Of a stretch of 41,714 nt of DNA, positions 22,701-33,804 are shown in pieces. The DNA is from a plasmid. Location of the stretch: NCBI RefSeq assembly GCF_055900595.2, contig NZ_JBVWEU010000004.1. One strand, 5' to 3'. The notes below the pieces were generated by a model, which saw only the letters and a program-made list of their open reading frames with translations, had not been told where the DNA came from and ran no database searches. Every line of letters starts with the position of its first letter. The first letter of the stretch is position 1. The translations under genes were made by a program, and so were the position numbers.

Positions 22701-22749
22701 ACATCTGAGACCATTAAAAGAGGCGTCAGAGGCAGAAAACGTTGCTTAA
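19744..22749 (+). CDS. tnpA: Tn3 transposase TnpA
   Basis: 1001 aa from [17 protein letters not shown]. Its stop overlaps the IR. Confidence 0.92.
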   Translation: MPVDFLTTEQTESYGRFTGEPDELQLARYFHLDEADKEFIGKSRGDHNRLGIALQIGCVRFLGTFLTDMNHIPSGVRHFTARQLGIRDITVLAEYGQRENTRREHAALIRQHYQYREFAWPWTFRLTRLLYTRSWISNERPGLLFDLATGWLMQHRIILPGATTLTRLISEVREKATLRLWNKLALIPSAEQRSQLEMLLGPTDCSRLSLLESLKKGPVTISGPAFNEAIERWKTLNDFGLHAENLSTLPAVRLKNLARYAGMTSVFNIARMSPQKRMAVLVAFVLAWETLALDDALDVLDAMLAVIIRDARKIGQKKRLRSLKDLDKSALALASACSYLLKEETPDESIRAEVFSYIPRQKLAEIITLVREIARPSDDNFHEEMVEQYGRVRRFLPHLLNTVKFSSAPAGVTTLNACDYLSREFSSRRQFFDDAPTEIISRSWKRLVINKEKHITRRGYTLCFLSKLQDSLRRRDVYVTGSNRWGDPRARLLQGADWQANRIKVYRSLGHPTDPQEAIKSLGHQLDSRYRQVAARLCENEAVELDVSGPKPRLTISPLASLDEPDSLKRLSKMISDLLPPVDLTELLLEINAHTGFADEFFHASEASARVDDLPVSISAVLMAEACNIGLEPLIRSNVPALTRHRLNWTKANYLRAETITSANARLVDFQATLPLAQIWGGGEVASADGMRFVTPVRTINAGPNRKYFGNNRGITWYNFVSDQYSGFHGIVIPGTLRDSIFVLEGLLEQETGLNPTEIMTDTAGASELVFGLFWLLGYQFSPRLADAGASVFWRMDHDADYGVLNDIARGQSDPRKIVLQWDEMIRTAGSLKLGKVQVSVLVRSLLKSERPSGLTQAIIEVGRINKTLYLLNYIDDEDYRRRILTQLNRGESRHAVARAICHGQKGEIRKRYTDGQEDQLGTLGLVTNAVVLWNTIYMQAALDHLRAQGETLNDEDIARLSPLCHGHINMLGHYSFTLAELVTKGHLRPLKEASEAENVA

Positions 22750-22782
22750 CGTGAGTTTTCGTTCCACTGAGCGTCAGACCCC

Positions 22783-25424
22783 TTGTTCAGGCCGGCATGC
22801 ACGCGGCGGCGCAGTTCAACACTTTGCAGCCAGTCCAGGATGAACAGCGTGCGCTCGATCCGGCCCAGCTCGCGCAGGGCCACGGCCAGTCCGTTCTGGC
22901 GCGGGTAGCTGCCGAGCTTGCGCAGCATCAGCGAGGCGGTGACGGTGCCCTGCTTGATCGAGCTGGCCAGGCGCAGGATGTCGTCCCAGTGGGCACGCAC
23001 GTGCTTGATGTTCAGGGTGCCGCCGATCAGCGGGCGCAACGTCGGGTAGGCTTGCACGCCCTGCGGCACGTACAGTTTGGTTTCGCCGAGGTCGCGGATG
23101 CGCGGCGCGAAGCGGAAGCCTAGCAGGTGCATCAGGGCAAAGACGTGATCGGTGAAGCCGGCCGTGTCGGTGTAGTGCTCCTCGATCCGCAGGTCGGACT
23201 CGTGGTACAGCAGGCCGTCGAGCACATAGGTGGAATCGCGGACGCCGACATTCACCACGCGGGTGCTGAACGGCGCGTACTGGTCGGAGATATGGGTATA
23301 GAACAGCCGTCCCGGCTCGCTACCGTACTTCGGGTTGACGTGCCCGGTGCTCTCGCCCCGGCCACCCGCGCGGAAGCGCTGGCCATCGGAGGATGAGGTC
23401 GTGCCGTCGCCCCAGTGGGCGGCAAAGGCGTGGCGATACTGGTGGTTGACCAGCTCGGCCAAGGCCGCCGAATAGGTTTCGTCGCGGATGTGCCAGGCTT
23501 GCAGCCAGGACAGCTTGGCGTAGGTCAGGCCGGGGCTCGACTCGGCCATCTTGGTCAGCCCGAGGTTGATCGCATCACCGAGGATTGCGGACAGCAGCAA
23601 CGTCCTGTCTTTGGCCTCGGCCCCGTCCTTCAAGTGGGTGAAGTGGCGGCTGAAGCCCGTCCAGTCGTCCACGTCCATCAGCAGTTCGGTGATCTTGATG
23701 CGCGGCAGTAACTGGCTGGTTTGGTCGATCAGCGCCTGCGCCCGATCCGGCACCGCCGCATCCAGCGGGGTGATTTTCAGCCCTGACTCGGTGAGGATGG
23801 CATCGGGCAGCTCGTTGTCCTTGGCCAGGCGGGTGACGGTGGCCAACTGCTCGTCCAGCAGCTGCAAACGCTCTTCCAGGTACTGGTCGCTGTTCGGGTT
23901 GATCGCCAGGGGCAGGGCCTGCTCGCGCTTGAGTGCGGCGAACTTCTCGGCCGGCAGCAGGTAGTCGTCGAAGTCGCGGAACTGCCGCGAGCCCTTGACC
24001 CAGATGTCGCCGGAGCGCAGGGCGTTCTTCAGCTCGGACAGGGCGCAGATTTCGTAGAATTTCCGGTCGAGGCCTTCCGGGGTGATCACCAGCGGCTTCC
24101 AGCGCGGCTTGATGAAGGCCGTGGGTGCATCGGCCGGCACCTTGCGCAGGTTGTCGGCGTTCATCTCACGCAGGGTCTGCACGGCTGCCAGCACGCCTTG
24201 CGCGGCCGGCGCGGCGCGCAGTTCCAGCACCTCCAGCAAGGCCGGCGTGTAACGGCGCAGGGTGGCGAAGTTCTCGCCGACCAGGTGCAGGTGGTCGAAG
24301 CCTTCCGGCCGGGCCAGCAGCTCGGCCTCGCTGACGCTCTCGGTGAACTCGTCCCAGGGAATCACCGCCTCGATGGCGGCATAGGGGTCGCTGCCGCTTT
24401 CCTTCGCTTCCAGCAGCGCCTGGCCGATCCTGGAGTACAGGCGCACCTTGTCGTTGATCGCCTTGCCCTGCTTCTGGAACTGCTGCTGATGCTTGTGCTT
24501 CGCGCCGCTGAACAGCTTGACCAGGATGCGGTCATGCAGATCGACCAGCTCATCGATCACGGTCGCGGTGCTCTCCAGCACCACGGCGGCCAGGGTCGCG
24601 TAGCGGCGCTGCGGCTCGAACTTACCGAGGTCTTTGGGCGTCATCTGCCCACCCTCGCGGGCCAGCTTGAGCAGGCGGTTCTGGTGGATGTGCCGGCCCA
24701 GGCCTTCGGGCAAGTCCACCAACTGAAATGTCTTCAGCCGCTCGATGTGTTCCAGCATGTGCCGAGAGTTGGGTTTCAGCGGTGCCTGGCGCAGCCAGGT
24801 CAACCAGGTGATGCTGCTGCCGGCCTTGAGCTTCAACAGCTCGTCCAGCTTGGCCCGATGCGAGTCCGTGAGTGGTTCGACCAGGGCGCGGTAGACCCGC
24901 CGATTGGCTCGCGCAATGGCTTCCGAGCAGGCCCGGTCAATCACGCTCAGCGCCGGCAGGATGCGTCGTTTCTGCCGTAGGCTCTCCAGGGCCTGACCGG
25001 CCAGCAGCAAGCCTTTGTCGGTCTGCTGGGCCAGCTCGGTTAGCTCGCGCACCAGGGCGCGGAAGTCGGACAGGCCGAACGGGGCCAGTTGCAGGTAGGT
25101 GCGCAGTTCCTGGGCATGCTCGCGACGGGTCACGTCGCGCTCGCCGTACTTTGCCCAGCTCGCCGGCTCGGCCTGGACTTGCTTCGCCACCCACAGGATG
25201 ACCGGCTCGGGCAGCTCGCTGTCGGTTCCCAGCGCGTAACCGGGGTAGCGCAGCAGGCAGAGCTGCACGGCGAAGCCGAGGCGGTTGGCGTCGCCGCGTC
25301 GCTGGCGGATCAGCGACAGGTCGGAGTCGTTGAAGGTGTAGTAGCGGATCAGGTCATCCTGGCTTTCCGGCAGCGCAAGCAGGGTGTCCCGCTCCGTGGC
25401 CGAGAGGATCAAGCGACGCGGCAT
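22783..25424 (-). pseudogene. tnpA: 5' 880 codons of the Tn1721/Tn21-subfamily transposase gene, disrupted by the Tn3 insertion
   Basis: [21 protein letters not shown]... It ends at the Tn3 junction. Confidence 0.88.
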
Positions 25425-25427
25425 GTG

Positions 25428-25988
25428 TCAGTCGTCCGTGCGGAGGTACTGGTAGAGGGTTTCCCGGCTGATGTTGAACTCGCGGGCAAGCTGCGCCTTG
25501 GGCTCGCCGGCCGTCGCTCGCTGCCGCAGGGTAGCAGCCTGCTCATCGGACAGGGCTTTCTTGCGGCCCCGGTACGCGCCACGCTGCTTGGCCAAGGCGA
25601 TGCCCTCACGCTGCCGCTCGCGGATCAGGGCGCGCTCGAACTCAGCGAAGGCCCCCATCACCGACAGCATCAGGTTGGCCATCGGCGAGTCCTCGCCAGT
25701 GAACACCAGGCCCTCCTTCAGGAACTCGATGCGCACGCCGCGCTGAGTCAGCTTCTGTACCAAGCGACGCAGGTCATCGAGGTTGCGGGCCAGCCGATCC
25801 ATGCTGTGCACCACCACTGTATCGCCTTCGCGGACGAAGCTCAGCAGCGCTTCGAGCTGGGGGCGCTGGGTGTCCTTGCCCGATGCCTTGTCGGTGAACA
25901 CCTTGCTCACCTGGGTTTGTTCCAGCTGGCGTTCCGGGTTCTGGTCAAAGCTGCTGACCCGGACGTAGCCGATGCGGTGCCCCTGCAC
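25428..25988 (-). CDS. tnpR: Tn21-subfamily serine resolvase TnpR
   Basis: 186 aa, MQGHRIGYVRVSSFDQNPERQLEQ... Confidence 0.88.
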   Translation of the reverse strand: MQGHRIGYVRVSSFDQNPERQLEQTQVSKVFTDKASGKDTQRPQLEALLSFVREGDTVVVHSMDRLARNLDDLRRLVQKLTQRGVRIEFLKEGLVFTGEDSPMANLMLSVMGAFAEFERALIRERQREGIALAKQRGAYRGRKKALSDEQAATLRQRATAGEPKAQLAREFNISRETLYQYLRTDD

Positions 25989-26130
25989 GATGTCTCCTTG
26001 GTTGAAGGCGGCTTAAGTGCACTTTCTGTTCCGTTGTGCCTCAAAGCCCATTTCTGTCAGGCTGAAATCTATAACCTTCGCGGGCATGTGTCAAAAAATG
26101 GGAAAGCAGACTCTATTCTGACGAAGCGGC
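25989..26130. promoter_or_regulatory. res: res site region (resolvase subsites I-III)
   Basis: Intergenic region upstream of tnpR, as in Tn21/Tn1721. Confidence 0.55.
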
Positions 26131-26163
26131 GCGGCCCTGCCTGACATCAAGTTAGGGTATGCC

Positions 26164-26778
26164 TCAACCTGACGGCGGCGAATCACAAGCGTCCGGTTTG
26201 ACGCTGGTTTCGGTCGCAGTGCTGGCCCGCGCCTGGAAGCGCTGATAGCACTCCAGCCCGCAGAAATGCTCCACGTACTCGGCCCCTTCCGGCGTGAAGG
26301 CGGCATCGAGCGGGATTTCCTTGCAGCACACGCAGCAACTGGTGCTCGGTTCATTGGCGTTCATGGTGGTGTTCCTCCATTGGTTGACGAAGCCGACGAA
26401 GGCCGCCGCCGGCATCGGCCTGGCGAACAGGAAACCCTGCACCGTGTCGCAACCCGCCTGCCGCAACCACGCAAGGCAGTCGGGTGTTTCCACACCCTCG
26501 GCTACCACCTCCATTGTCGTTTTCAGAAGACGGCTGCACTGAACGTCAGAAGCCGACTGCACTATAGCAGCGGAGGGGTTGGATCCATCAGGCAACGACG
26601 GGCTGCTGCCGGCCATCAGCGGACGCAGGGAGGACTTTCCGCAACCGGCCGTTCGATGCGGCACCGATGGCCTTCGCGCAGGGGTAGTGAATCCGCCAGG
26701 ATTGACTTGCGCTGCCCTACCTCTCACTAGTGAGGGGCGGCAGCGCATCAAGCGGTGAGCGCACTCCGGCACCGCCAA
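26164..26778 (-). CDS. tnpM: tnpM/urf2M-like chimeric ORF. The N-terminus comes from integron sequence. The C-terminus is an EAL-domain fragment of Tn21-type urf2.
   Basis: The ORF crosses IRi. Its C-terminal part, [31 protein letters not shown], is an EAL C-terminal motif. Whether it is expressed is doubtful. Confidence 0.45.
26524..26548. repeat. Class 1 integron IRi (25 bp)
   Basis: TGTCGTTTTCAGAAGACGGCTGCAC. Confidence 0.9.
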
Positions 26779-27730
26779 CTTTCAGCACATGCGTGTAAAT
26801 CATCGTCGTAGAGACGTCGGAATGGCCGAGCAGATCCTGCACGGTTCGAATGTCGTAACCGCTGCGGAGCAAGGCCGTCGCGAACGAGTGGCGGAGGGTG
26901 TGCGGTGTGGCGGGCTTCGTGATGCCTGCTTGTTCTACGGCACGTTTGAAGGCGCGCTGAAAGGTCTGGTCATACATGTGATGGCGACGCACGACACCGC
27001 TCCGTGGATCGGTCGAATGCGTGTGCTGCGCAAAAACCCAGAACCACGGCCAGGAATGCCCGGCGCGCGGATACTTCCGCTCAAGGGCGTCGGGAAGCGC
27101 AACGCCGCTGCGGCCCTCGGCCTGGTCCTTCAGCCACCATGCCCGTGCACGCGACAGCTGCTCGCGCAGGCTGGGTGCCAAGCTCTCGGGTAACATCAAG
27201 GCCCGATCCTTGGAGCCCTTGCCCTCCCGCACGATGATCGTGCCGTGATCGAAATCCAGATCCTTGACCCGCAGTTGCAAACCCTCACTGATCCGCATGC
27301 CCGTTCCATACAGAAGCTGGGCGAACAAACGATGCTCGCCTTCCAGAAAACCGAGGATGCGAACCACTTCATCCGGGGTCAGCACCACCGGCAAGCGCCG
27401 CGACGGCCGAGGTCTTCCGATCTCCTGAAGCCAGGGCAGATCCGTGCACAGCACCTTGCCGTAGAAGAACAGCAAGGCCGCCAATGCCTGACGATGCGTG
27501 GAGACCGAAACCTTGCGCTCGTTCGCCAGCCAGGACAGAAATGCCTCGACTTCGCTGCTGCCCAAGGTTGCCGGGTGACGCACACCGTGGAAACGGATGA
27601 AGGCACGAACCCAGTTGACATAAGCCTGTTCGGTTCGTAAACTGTAATGCAAGTAGCGTATGCGCTCACGCAACTGGTCCAGAACCTTGACCGAACGCAG
27701 CGGTGGTAACGGCGCAGTGGCGGTTTTCAT
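26717..27730 (-). CDS. intI1: Class 1 integron integrase IntI1
   Basis: 337 aa, [30 protein letters not shown]... Confidence 0.93.
27615..27643 (+). promoter_or_regulatory. Pc: Cassette promoter Pc, strong variant PcS
   Basis: TTGACA, 17-bp spacer, TAAACT. The downstream P2 at TTGTTA/TACAGT has 14-bp spacing and no GGG insertion, so it is inactive. Confidence 0.8.
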
Positions 27731-27789
27731 GGCTTGTTATGACTGTTTTTTTGTACAGTCTATGCCTCGGGCATCCAAGCAGCAAGCGC

Positions 27790-27873
27790 GTTACGCCGTG
27801 GGTCGATGTTTGATGTTATGGAGCAGCAACGATGTTACGCAGCAGGGCAGACGCCCTAAAACAAAGTTAGCCA
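27790..27873 (+). promoter_or_regulatory. attI1: attI1 recombination site
   Basis: ...GCCCTAAAACAAAG|TTAGCC junction immediately before dfrA12. Confidence 0.7.
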
Positions 27874-27874
27874 T

Positions 27875-28372
27875 ATGAACTCGGAATCAGTACGCATTTA
27901 TCTCGTTGCTGCGATGGGAGCCAATCGGGTTATTGGCAATGGTCCTAATATCCCCTGGAAAATTCCGGGTGAGCAGAAGATTTTTCGCAGACTCACTGAG
28001 GGAAAAGTCGTTGTCATGGGGCGAAAGACCTTTGAGTCTATCGGCAAGCCTCTACCGAACCGTCACACATTGGTAATCTCACGCCAAGCTAACTACCGCG
28101 CCACTGGCTGCGTAGTTGTTTCAACGCTGTCGCACGCTATCGCTTTGGCATCCGAACTCGGCAATGAACTCTACGTCGCGGGCGGAGCTGAGATATACAC
28201 TCTGGCACTACCTCACGCCCACGGCGTGTTTCTATCTGAGGTACATCAAACCTTCGAGGGTGACGCCTTCTTCCCAATGCTCAACGAAACAGAATTCGAG
28301 CTTGTCTCAACCGAAACCATTCAAGCTGTAATTCCGTACACCCACTCCGTTTATGCGCGTCGAAACGGCTAA
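27875..28372 (+). CDS. dfrA12: Trimethoprim-resistant dihydrofolate reductase DfrA12 cassette
   Basis: 165 aa, MNSESVRIYLVAAMGANRVIGNGPNIPWK... Confidence 0.9.
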   Translation: MNSESVRIYLVAAMGANRVIGNGPNIPWKIPGEQKIFRRLTEGKVVVMGRKTFESIGKPLPNRHTLVISRQANYRATGCVVVSTLSHAIALASELGNELYVAGGAEIYTLALPHAHGVFLSEVHQTFEGDAFFPMLNETEFELVSTETIQAVIPYTHSVYARRNG

Positions 28373-28455
28373 CCATTCCGTCAACGGGACGCCAAAATGC
28401 TGCGCATTTTGGTTCCCTCCGCTGCGCTCCGGCTCTCGTTACGTCCAACGTTAGC
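28366..28455 (+). repeat. attC (59-be) of the dfrA12 cassette
   Basis: Imperfect palindrome GCTAACCATTCCGTCAACGGGACGCC...GTTAGC. Confidence 0.6.
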
Positions 28456-28483
28456 ACCACTGAAACCCAGCTTTATTTAGCTC

Positions 28484-28774
28484 ATGTTTATTCAAACGGC
28501 ATTTAGCTTTTCAGGCGTTATTCAGTGCCTGTTTTGCCTTTTTTCCGGGCTTCGCCTGCATGGGCTGCGCAGGTTTTCAGTCTTTTTGGCCTCTAGCCCT
28601 TGCGTAGCAAGCGCAAGCAGCTATCGTTTTTGCAGTGCTGTGCCGCCTCGGTGGCGCAGCGTTTTTTCACGGTTAGCGCCCGTCGCCAAATTCAAGTTAT
28701 CCGTTTTGGCTTCTGGTTCTAACATTTCGGTCAAGCCGACCCGCATTCTGCGGTCGGCTTACCTCGCCCGTTAG
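28484..28774 (+). CDS. gcuF: Gene cassette of unknown function orfF/gcuF
   Basis: 96-aa ORF in the classic dfrA12-orfF-aadA2 position, with its own short attC. Confidence 0.7.
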   Translation: MFIQTAFSFSGVIQCLFCLFSGLRLHGLRRFSVFLASSPCVASASSYRFCSAVPPRWRSVFSRLAPVAKFKLSVLASGSNISVKPTRILRSAYLAR

Positions 28775-28779
28775 ACATC

Positions 28780-29571
28780 ATGAGGGAAGCGGTGACCATC
28801 GAAATTTCGAACCAACTATCAGAGGTGCTAAGCGTCATTGAGCGCCATCTGGAATCAACGTTGCTGGCCGTGCATTTGTACGGCTCCGCAGTGGATGGCG
28901 GCCTGAAGCCATACAGCGATATTGATTTGTTGGTTACTGTGGCCGTAAAGCTTGATGAAACAACGCGGCGAGCTTTGATCAACGACCTTTTGGAAACTTC
29001 GGCTTCCCCTGGAGAGAGCGAGATTCTCCGCGCTGTAGAAGTCACCATTGTTGTGCACGACGACATCATTCCGTGGCGTTATCCAGCTAAGCGCGAACTG
29101 CAATTTGGAGAATGGCAGCGCAATGACATTCTTGCAGGTATCTTCGAGCCAGCCACGATCGACATTGATCTGGCTATCTTGCTGACAAAAGCAAGAGAAC
29201 ATAGCGTTGCCTTGGTAGGTCCAGCGGCGGAGGAACTCTTTGATCCGGTTCCTGAACAGGATCTATTTGAGGCGCTAAATGAAACCTTAACGCTATGGAA
29301 CTCGCCGCCCGACTGGGCTGGCGATGAGCGAAATGTAGTGCTTACGTTGTCCCGCATTTGGTACAGCGCAGTAACCGGCAAAATCGCGCCGAAGGATGTC
29401 GCTGCCGACTGGGCAATGGAGCGCCTGCCGGCCCAGTATCAGCCCGTCATACTTGAAGCTAGACAGGCTTATCTTGGACAAGAAGAAGATCGCTTGGCCT
29501 CCCGCGCAGATCAGTTGGAAGAATTTGTTCACTACGTGAAAGGCGAGATCACCAAGGTAGTCGGCAAATAA
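28780..29571 (+). CDS. aadA2: Aminoglycoside (3'')(9) adenylyltransferase AadA2 cassette
   Basis: 263 aa, MREAVTIEISNQLSEVLSVIERHLESTLLAVHLYGSAVDGGLKPYSDIDLLV... Confidence 0.9.
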   Translation: MREAVTIEISNQLSEVLSVIERHLESTLLAVHLYGSAVDGGLKPYSDIDLLVTVAVKLDETTRRALINDLLETSASPGESEILRAVEVTIVVHDDIIPWRYPAKRELQFGEWQRNDILAGIFEPATIDIDLAILLTKAREHSVALVGPAAEELFDPVPEQDLFEALNETLTLWNSPPDWAGDERNVVLTLSRIWYSAVTGKIAPKDVAADWAMERLPAQYQPVILEARQAYLGQEEDRLASRADQLEEFVHYVKGEITKVVGK

Positions 29572-29575
29572 TGTC

Positions 29576-29640
29576 TAACAATTCGTTCAAGCCGACGCCG
29601 CTTCGCGGCGCGGCTTAACTCAAGCGTTAGATGCCAGATT
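29576..29640 (+). repeat. attC of aadA2
   Basis: GTCTAACAATTCGTTCAAGCCGACGCCGCTTCGCGGCGCGGCTTAACTCAAGCGTTAGAT. Confidence 0.7.
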
Positions 29641-29740
29641 TGGCGTTGCGTATGCTCACAGAAAATCGACAGCCGCAAGACTGTTTTTGGCAACTCATAG
29701 CCACCACTATTTATCCTTCATACCGTAGAGGAGATTGCAC

Positions 29741-30073
29741 GTGAAGAACTGGCTCTTTCTGGCTATTGCAATATTTGGTGAGGTCGTCGCAACTTCCGCA
29801 CTGAAGTCCAGCCATGGATTCACCAAGTTAGTTCCTTCTGTTGTAGTTGTGGCTGGCTACGGGCTTGCGTTCTATTTCCTCTCTCTCGCACTCAAGTCCA
29901 TCCCGGTCGGCATTGCTTATGCTGTTTGGGCTGGCCTCGGCATCGTACTTGTGGCAGCTATCGCTTGGATCTTCCATGGCCAGAAACTAGACTTGTGGGC
30001 GTTCGTTGGCATGGGACTTATCGTTAGTGGCGTCGCCGTTCTAAATCTGCTATCCAAGGTCAGCGCACATTGA
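29741..30073 (+). CDS. qacH: SMR quaternary-ammonium efflux cassette (qacH/qacL type)
   Basis: 110 aa from the GTG ([24 protein letters not shown]...), 4-TM SMR family. It is followed by an attC at 30078-30140. Confidence 0.8.
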   Translation: MKNWLFLAIAIFGEVVATSALKSSHGFTKLVPSVVVVAGYGLAFYFLSLALKSIPVGIAYAVWAGLGIVLVAAIAWIFHGQKLDLWAFVGMGLIVSGVAVLNLLSKVSAH

Positions 30074-30319
30074 TCGGGCTGGCATCTAACAGTTCATTCA
30101 AGCCGACGCCGCTTCGCGGCGCGGCTTAATTCAGGTGTTAGTCGGACGCCTACGGCGCCGAGGAAAAAAGAAACCAAACCATTCTTGCTGCCAAAGAGAA
30201 AAACCCCTTACGGTGGCGTACTGGGAAAGTGCGTATCTACGACGCCTTGCCGGTCTCAATGTCATGCCGTCCTCTTTCGAAGGCTGCTTGATGCAAACCT
30301 CTCAAAAATCTGGCATAAA

Positions 30320-31006
30320 CTATCTTGACATATTCCGATTGAACACCTTCCGAATATCAGCGGCTATCAGCGGGATCTCATCTTTTTTCGTGACGTAGGA
30401 GTGGGCATTCTGCTGCAGATGAAACTGGCAGCGTTGCCACAGAATTCCAGGGAAGACAGCATCGATTGCCGCGCGCAGTCCTGAGTGGTCATCACTGGTG
30501 ATCATTCGCAGGCCGTGCATCCCTCGTCGTACGAGACCCTCGAGAAAGGAACGCCAGTTTACCTCTGCCTCACTGTTCGCGACTTCGGCGTCAAGAATAT
30601 GCCGATTCCCGCTGTAATCAACGCCAATAGCCACTAGAAGCGCCTGCTTGACCACATGGGAACCGACGCGAACCGATTCATAGGTCGCATCAAGTACCAA
30701 GTATTGAATCTGTCCGACAGGCTGCGCCTTCCAAGACGTAATCTCTTCATCGAGCTCCTTTGCCAGCCTGCTGACCTGGGACGAGCTGACTTCGGTGCCA
30801 CAAAGAATTTCGACGATATCCGAGACCCTGCGGGTACTTACTCCTTTGACATACATTTCGGCGATGGCGAGCTTGAGAGCACGCTCACTGCGCATGCCTT
30901 TCTCGATGCAGCTGGGATAAAACTCCATCCCGCGAACTTGTGGTACTTTCAAGAGGACTTTCCCGGTCGCAAGATTGAATATTGGATTATTTGGATTTAC
31001 CAACAA
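30320..31006 (-). pseudogene. Truncated IS256-family (IS440-type) transposase
   Basis: 228-aa fragment with an IS256/mutator-type DDE region. This is the typical delta-IS440 of sul3 integrons. Confidence 0.7.
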
Positions 31007-31250
31007 ACACTACTATTTAGCTACGAAAACTCAAGAGAAGTACACAAAACCTTTTGGAAGTGATGGAAGTTTAAGTCCTCTTGATTATAGTGTAGGTATT
31101 GGAACAGGTTTAGAATTAGGACATTTCCAGTTTATGTTTGGCTATGATTACCCTCTTAGTAACAGTTCGAAAGATCCAGACCTAAGTCAAGTACGCCAAC
31201 ACAACTTCAGAGCAAGTATAGCATATTCATTTAGAAAGCTAAAAAAATAA
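30975..31250 (+). CDS. Hypothetical 91-aa ORF upstream of sul3 (possible outer-membrane-protein fragment)
   Basis: ORF only. AT-rich sequence. Confidence 0.3.
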   Translation: MNIGLFGFTNKHYYLATKTQEKYTKPFGSDGSLSPLDYSVGIGTGLELGHFQFMFGYDYPLSNSSKDPDLSQVRQHNFRASIAYSFRKLKK

Positions 31251-31252
31251 AA

Positions 31253-32044
31253 CTAACCAAGGGCTTTGGATATTTTCAAGGCATCTGATAAAGACTTAAC
31301 ATCATGGGTGCGGAGATAATCTGCACCTTTTTTGTATGCATACATTTCTGCTGCAAGAGTTGGTGCTAAACGAGATTTCACATCGGTTCCAGTTATTTTA
31401 CCTAAGAATGATTTCCGTGACACTGCAATCATTACTTGCAAATTAAAAGCTTCTTGAATTTCAGGGAAACGCTTCAAAACAAGAATAGATGTTTCTGGAT
31501 TAGAGCCTAAAAAGAAGCCCATACCCGGATCAAGAATAATTCGTTCACGCTTTACACCAGCCTCAACTAAAGCAGCAATTCTTTCTTTAAAAAATTCCAT
31601 CATGGAAGTAAAAACCTCTTCCGGATTCGTTTCAACTTTAGTAGCTGCACCAATTCGCTGAACGGAGTGCATCAACACAAGTTTGCAATCTGACTTTGCC
31701 AAGCCTGAATAAATCTCAGGATAAGGAAAACCTTGAATATCATTAATAAAATCAACCTTTTGTTCTATGCAAAAACTCTGAACCTCAGGTTTAAATGTAT
31801 CAACAGAAATAGAAATGCCTTTTTCTTTTAAAGCCTTAATGACAGGTTTGAGTCTTTTGATTTCTTCCACAACGCCCACTTCAGTTGTATCAGGATTACT
31901 GGAAGCGGCTCCCAAATCAATCACATCTGCTCCATCTTCAACCAAATGCAGAGCATGCTCAATTGCCTTATCTGTATCTAAATAAAGTCCTCCATCGGAA
32001 AAACTATCGGTGGTTATATTTACGATTCCAAAAATCTTGCTCAT
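31253..32044 (-). CDS. sul3: Sulfonamide-resistant dihydropteroate synthase Sul3
   Basis: 263 aa, MSKIFGIVNITTDSFSDGGLYLDTDKAIEHALHLVEDGADVIDLG... Confidence 0.9.
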   Translation of the reverse strand: MSKIFGIVNITTDSFSDGGLYLDTDKAIEHALHLVEDGADVIDLGAASSNPDTTEVGVVEEIKRLKPVIKALKEKGISISVDTFKPEVQSFCIEQKVDFINDIQGFPYPEIYSGLAKSDCKLVLMHSVQRIGAATKVETNPEEVFTSMMEFFKERIAALVEAGVKRERIILDPGMGFFLGSNPETSILVLKRFPEIQEAFNLQVMIAVSRKSFLGKITGTDVKSRLAPTLAAEMYAYKKGADYLRTHDVKSLSDALKISKALG

Positions 32045-32134
32045 ATCATTTTGCTTTGATTACAAAAGTAGCATTTATCTTAATTGACTAATTATCACTT
32101 ACGCAAATTGACACATTTTCCCTATCTTTGCAGC

Positions 32135-32383
32135 CTAATTTTTTTGTTTTAATTCATTATGAAAACTGATAGGAACTGTCATTTCGAGTTTTTCGCGGTT
32201 TTGGGTCAAAATTCGGTTTTTTCCCCGAACTACGACTGTTTTCGCACCCCGAACAACTAATCCAATCAGAATTTTCCGGCAACGCCGACTCCAAGAAGTG
32301 TAATTCCAGTCTATTTCTGCCGTCAACCCCTGATTCGCGTTAATGCGACAAAGCTCAAACACATAACTCCCCCACGAAGCCAT
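32135..32383 (-). CDS. Hypothetical small ORF downstream of sul3
   Basis: 82-aa ORF with no recognisable motif. Confidence 0.25.
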   Translation of the reverse strand: MASWGSYVFELCRINANQGLTAEIDWNYTSWSRRCRKILIGLVVRGAKTVVVRGKNRILTQNREKLEMTVPISFHNELKQKN

Positions 32384-32795
32384 ATAAACTCCGATTTCGA
32401 GGTGTTATCCTGTTCCGCATAAACTTCGTTTTTGGGTATTATACCTACACCAAAGCAAGAAGATTATGGGTCCAAACTTCATTTGTATATTTTGCAAACA
32501 AATATCTGCCTGTCATATCTGTCGGAGTGTGGTGATACTCCTTTGCATTAAAAATGCGCTGATAAAAGGTAGTTCAGCAAAAGGCGAAACGCCAATAAAT
32601 ATATCTATAACCGGTTTCGCCCGTTGATTGGGTATCGCCGTGCTTCCGATATGTTCAATGGCTACGGCATGAGAACCGAAAAAATGGAGCAATTTTATTT
32701 TCTCTTCTTCAAAATTCTTTGTCTAATCCGGGTTATATTCCATAATTTCAATTTTCATGATAGTTTCGTCCTTGCCTCAAAAACCATGTTTGGTA

Positions 32796-33659
32796 TTATA
32801 CTCCATATCTCTCCGGTGCAGGAATAGCCTTTTCTGATGCACGGCTAACAGCTTCCCATTCTTCCCAGGTAGCCATCCGTGCTTTTAAGGTATCCATCGC
32901 CAAATCGTATACCATGCTGCCAAGGATAAGCCTCAAAGGCGGATTATTGCTGGCTACTAATTTCATAAGGGCTTCCGCTGCCAAGGAAGGATCACTATCG
33001 ACCGAATCTTCGGAATACTGTTTCGCCAGCTCATCGCGCAGTGTACCGTATGAATCTAATGGATTGCTGTAACTCATCGAAGTGTATAAATCTGTCCAAT
33101 ATCCTCCTGGTTCCACCATAGTGAGTTTCACTCCGAAATGTTCCGCTTCTTTTGCTAAGGCTTCACTCATTCCTTCCAGCGCAAATTTACTTGCACTGTA
33201 AATACCAGACATCGGACCCGAGATAATAGCGCCAATGCTTGTAATCTGTATGATATGTCCAGAACGCTGCGACCTCAAATAGGGCATCACTGCCTGACAA
33301 ACCCAAAGAGCTCCAAAAAAGTTTGTGTCCATTAGTTTCCGAGCATCGGATTCGTTTAGTTCTTCAATCATACCCATAGTCATGATACCCGCATTATTAA
33401 CAACAATATCAAGCCTACCGAAATGTTTAACTGCTGTTTCAACCGTAGAAAAAACAGCCTCCCTATCTGTAACATCGAGGTTTAATGGCAGTAAGCTCTC
33501 TTGATATGTTTCTTCTAGCTTCGCCAAATTATCGATAGTCCTTGCAACTGCAACAACTTTATCCCCGGCTTTCAAGGCGGCGCATGTAAAAGCATAGCCA
33601 AGCCCCTTGCTTGCTCCGGTAATAAACCATACTCTTTTATTTTCGCTATTAGGTATCAT
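32796..33659 (-). CDS. Short-chain dehydrogenase/reductase (SDR) family oxidoreductase
   Basis: 287 aa with TGASKGLG Rossmann motif, NNAG, and a catalytic Y...K (YSASK). Confidence 0.8.
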   Translation of the reverse strand: MIPNSENKRVWFITGASKGLGYAFTCAALKAGDKVVAVARTIDNLAKLEETYQESLLPLNLDVTDREAVFSTVETAVKHFGRLDIVVNNAGIMTMGMIEELNESDARKLMDTNFFGALWVCQAVMPYLRSQRSGHIIQITSIGAIISGPMSGIYSASKFALEGMSEALAKEAEHFGVKLTMVEPGGYWTDLYTSMSYSNPLDSYGTLRDELAKQYSEDSVDSDPSLAAEALMKLVASNNPPLRLILGSMVYDLAMDTLKARMATWEEWEAVSRASEKAIPAPERYGV

Positions 33660-33804
33660 AGATATTCTCCTTTAGGCTATTATAGAAAGATTATTATAAG
33701 CGAAATTAATACCGTTAAACGCCATGAGCCCGACAATTTTGAGCACTTTGTTTTGTACTCCCAGAAGCTCACCACTACAAATTATCATCAACCCGGTCCT
33801 TTTT

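Noticed and set aside
24198-26144. 260-aa and 351-aa plus-strand ORFs antisense to the Tn1721-type tnpA and tnpR
   Set aside because: GC-rich antisense open frames with low-complexity A/L/R/G-rich composition. They span the tnpA/tnpR boundary and the res site, which is implausible for a gene.
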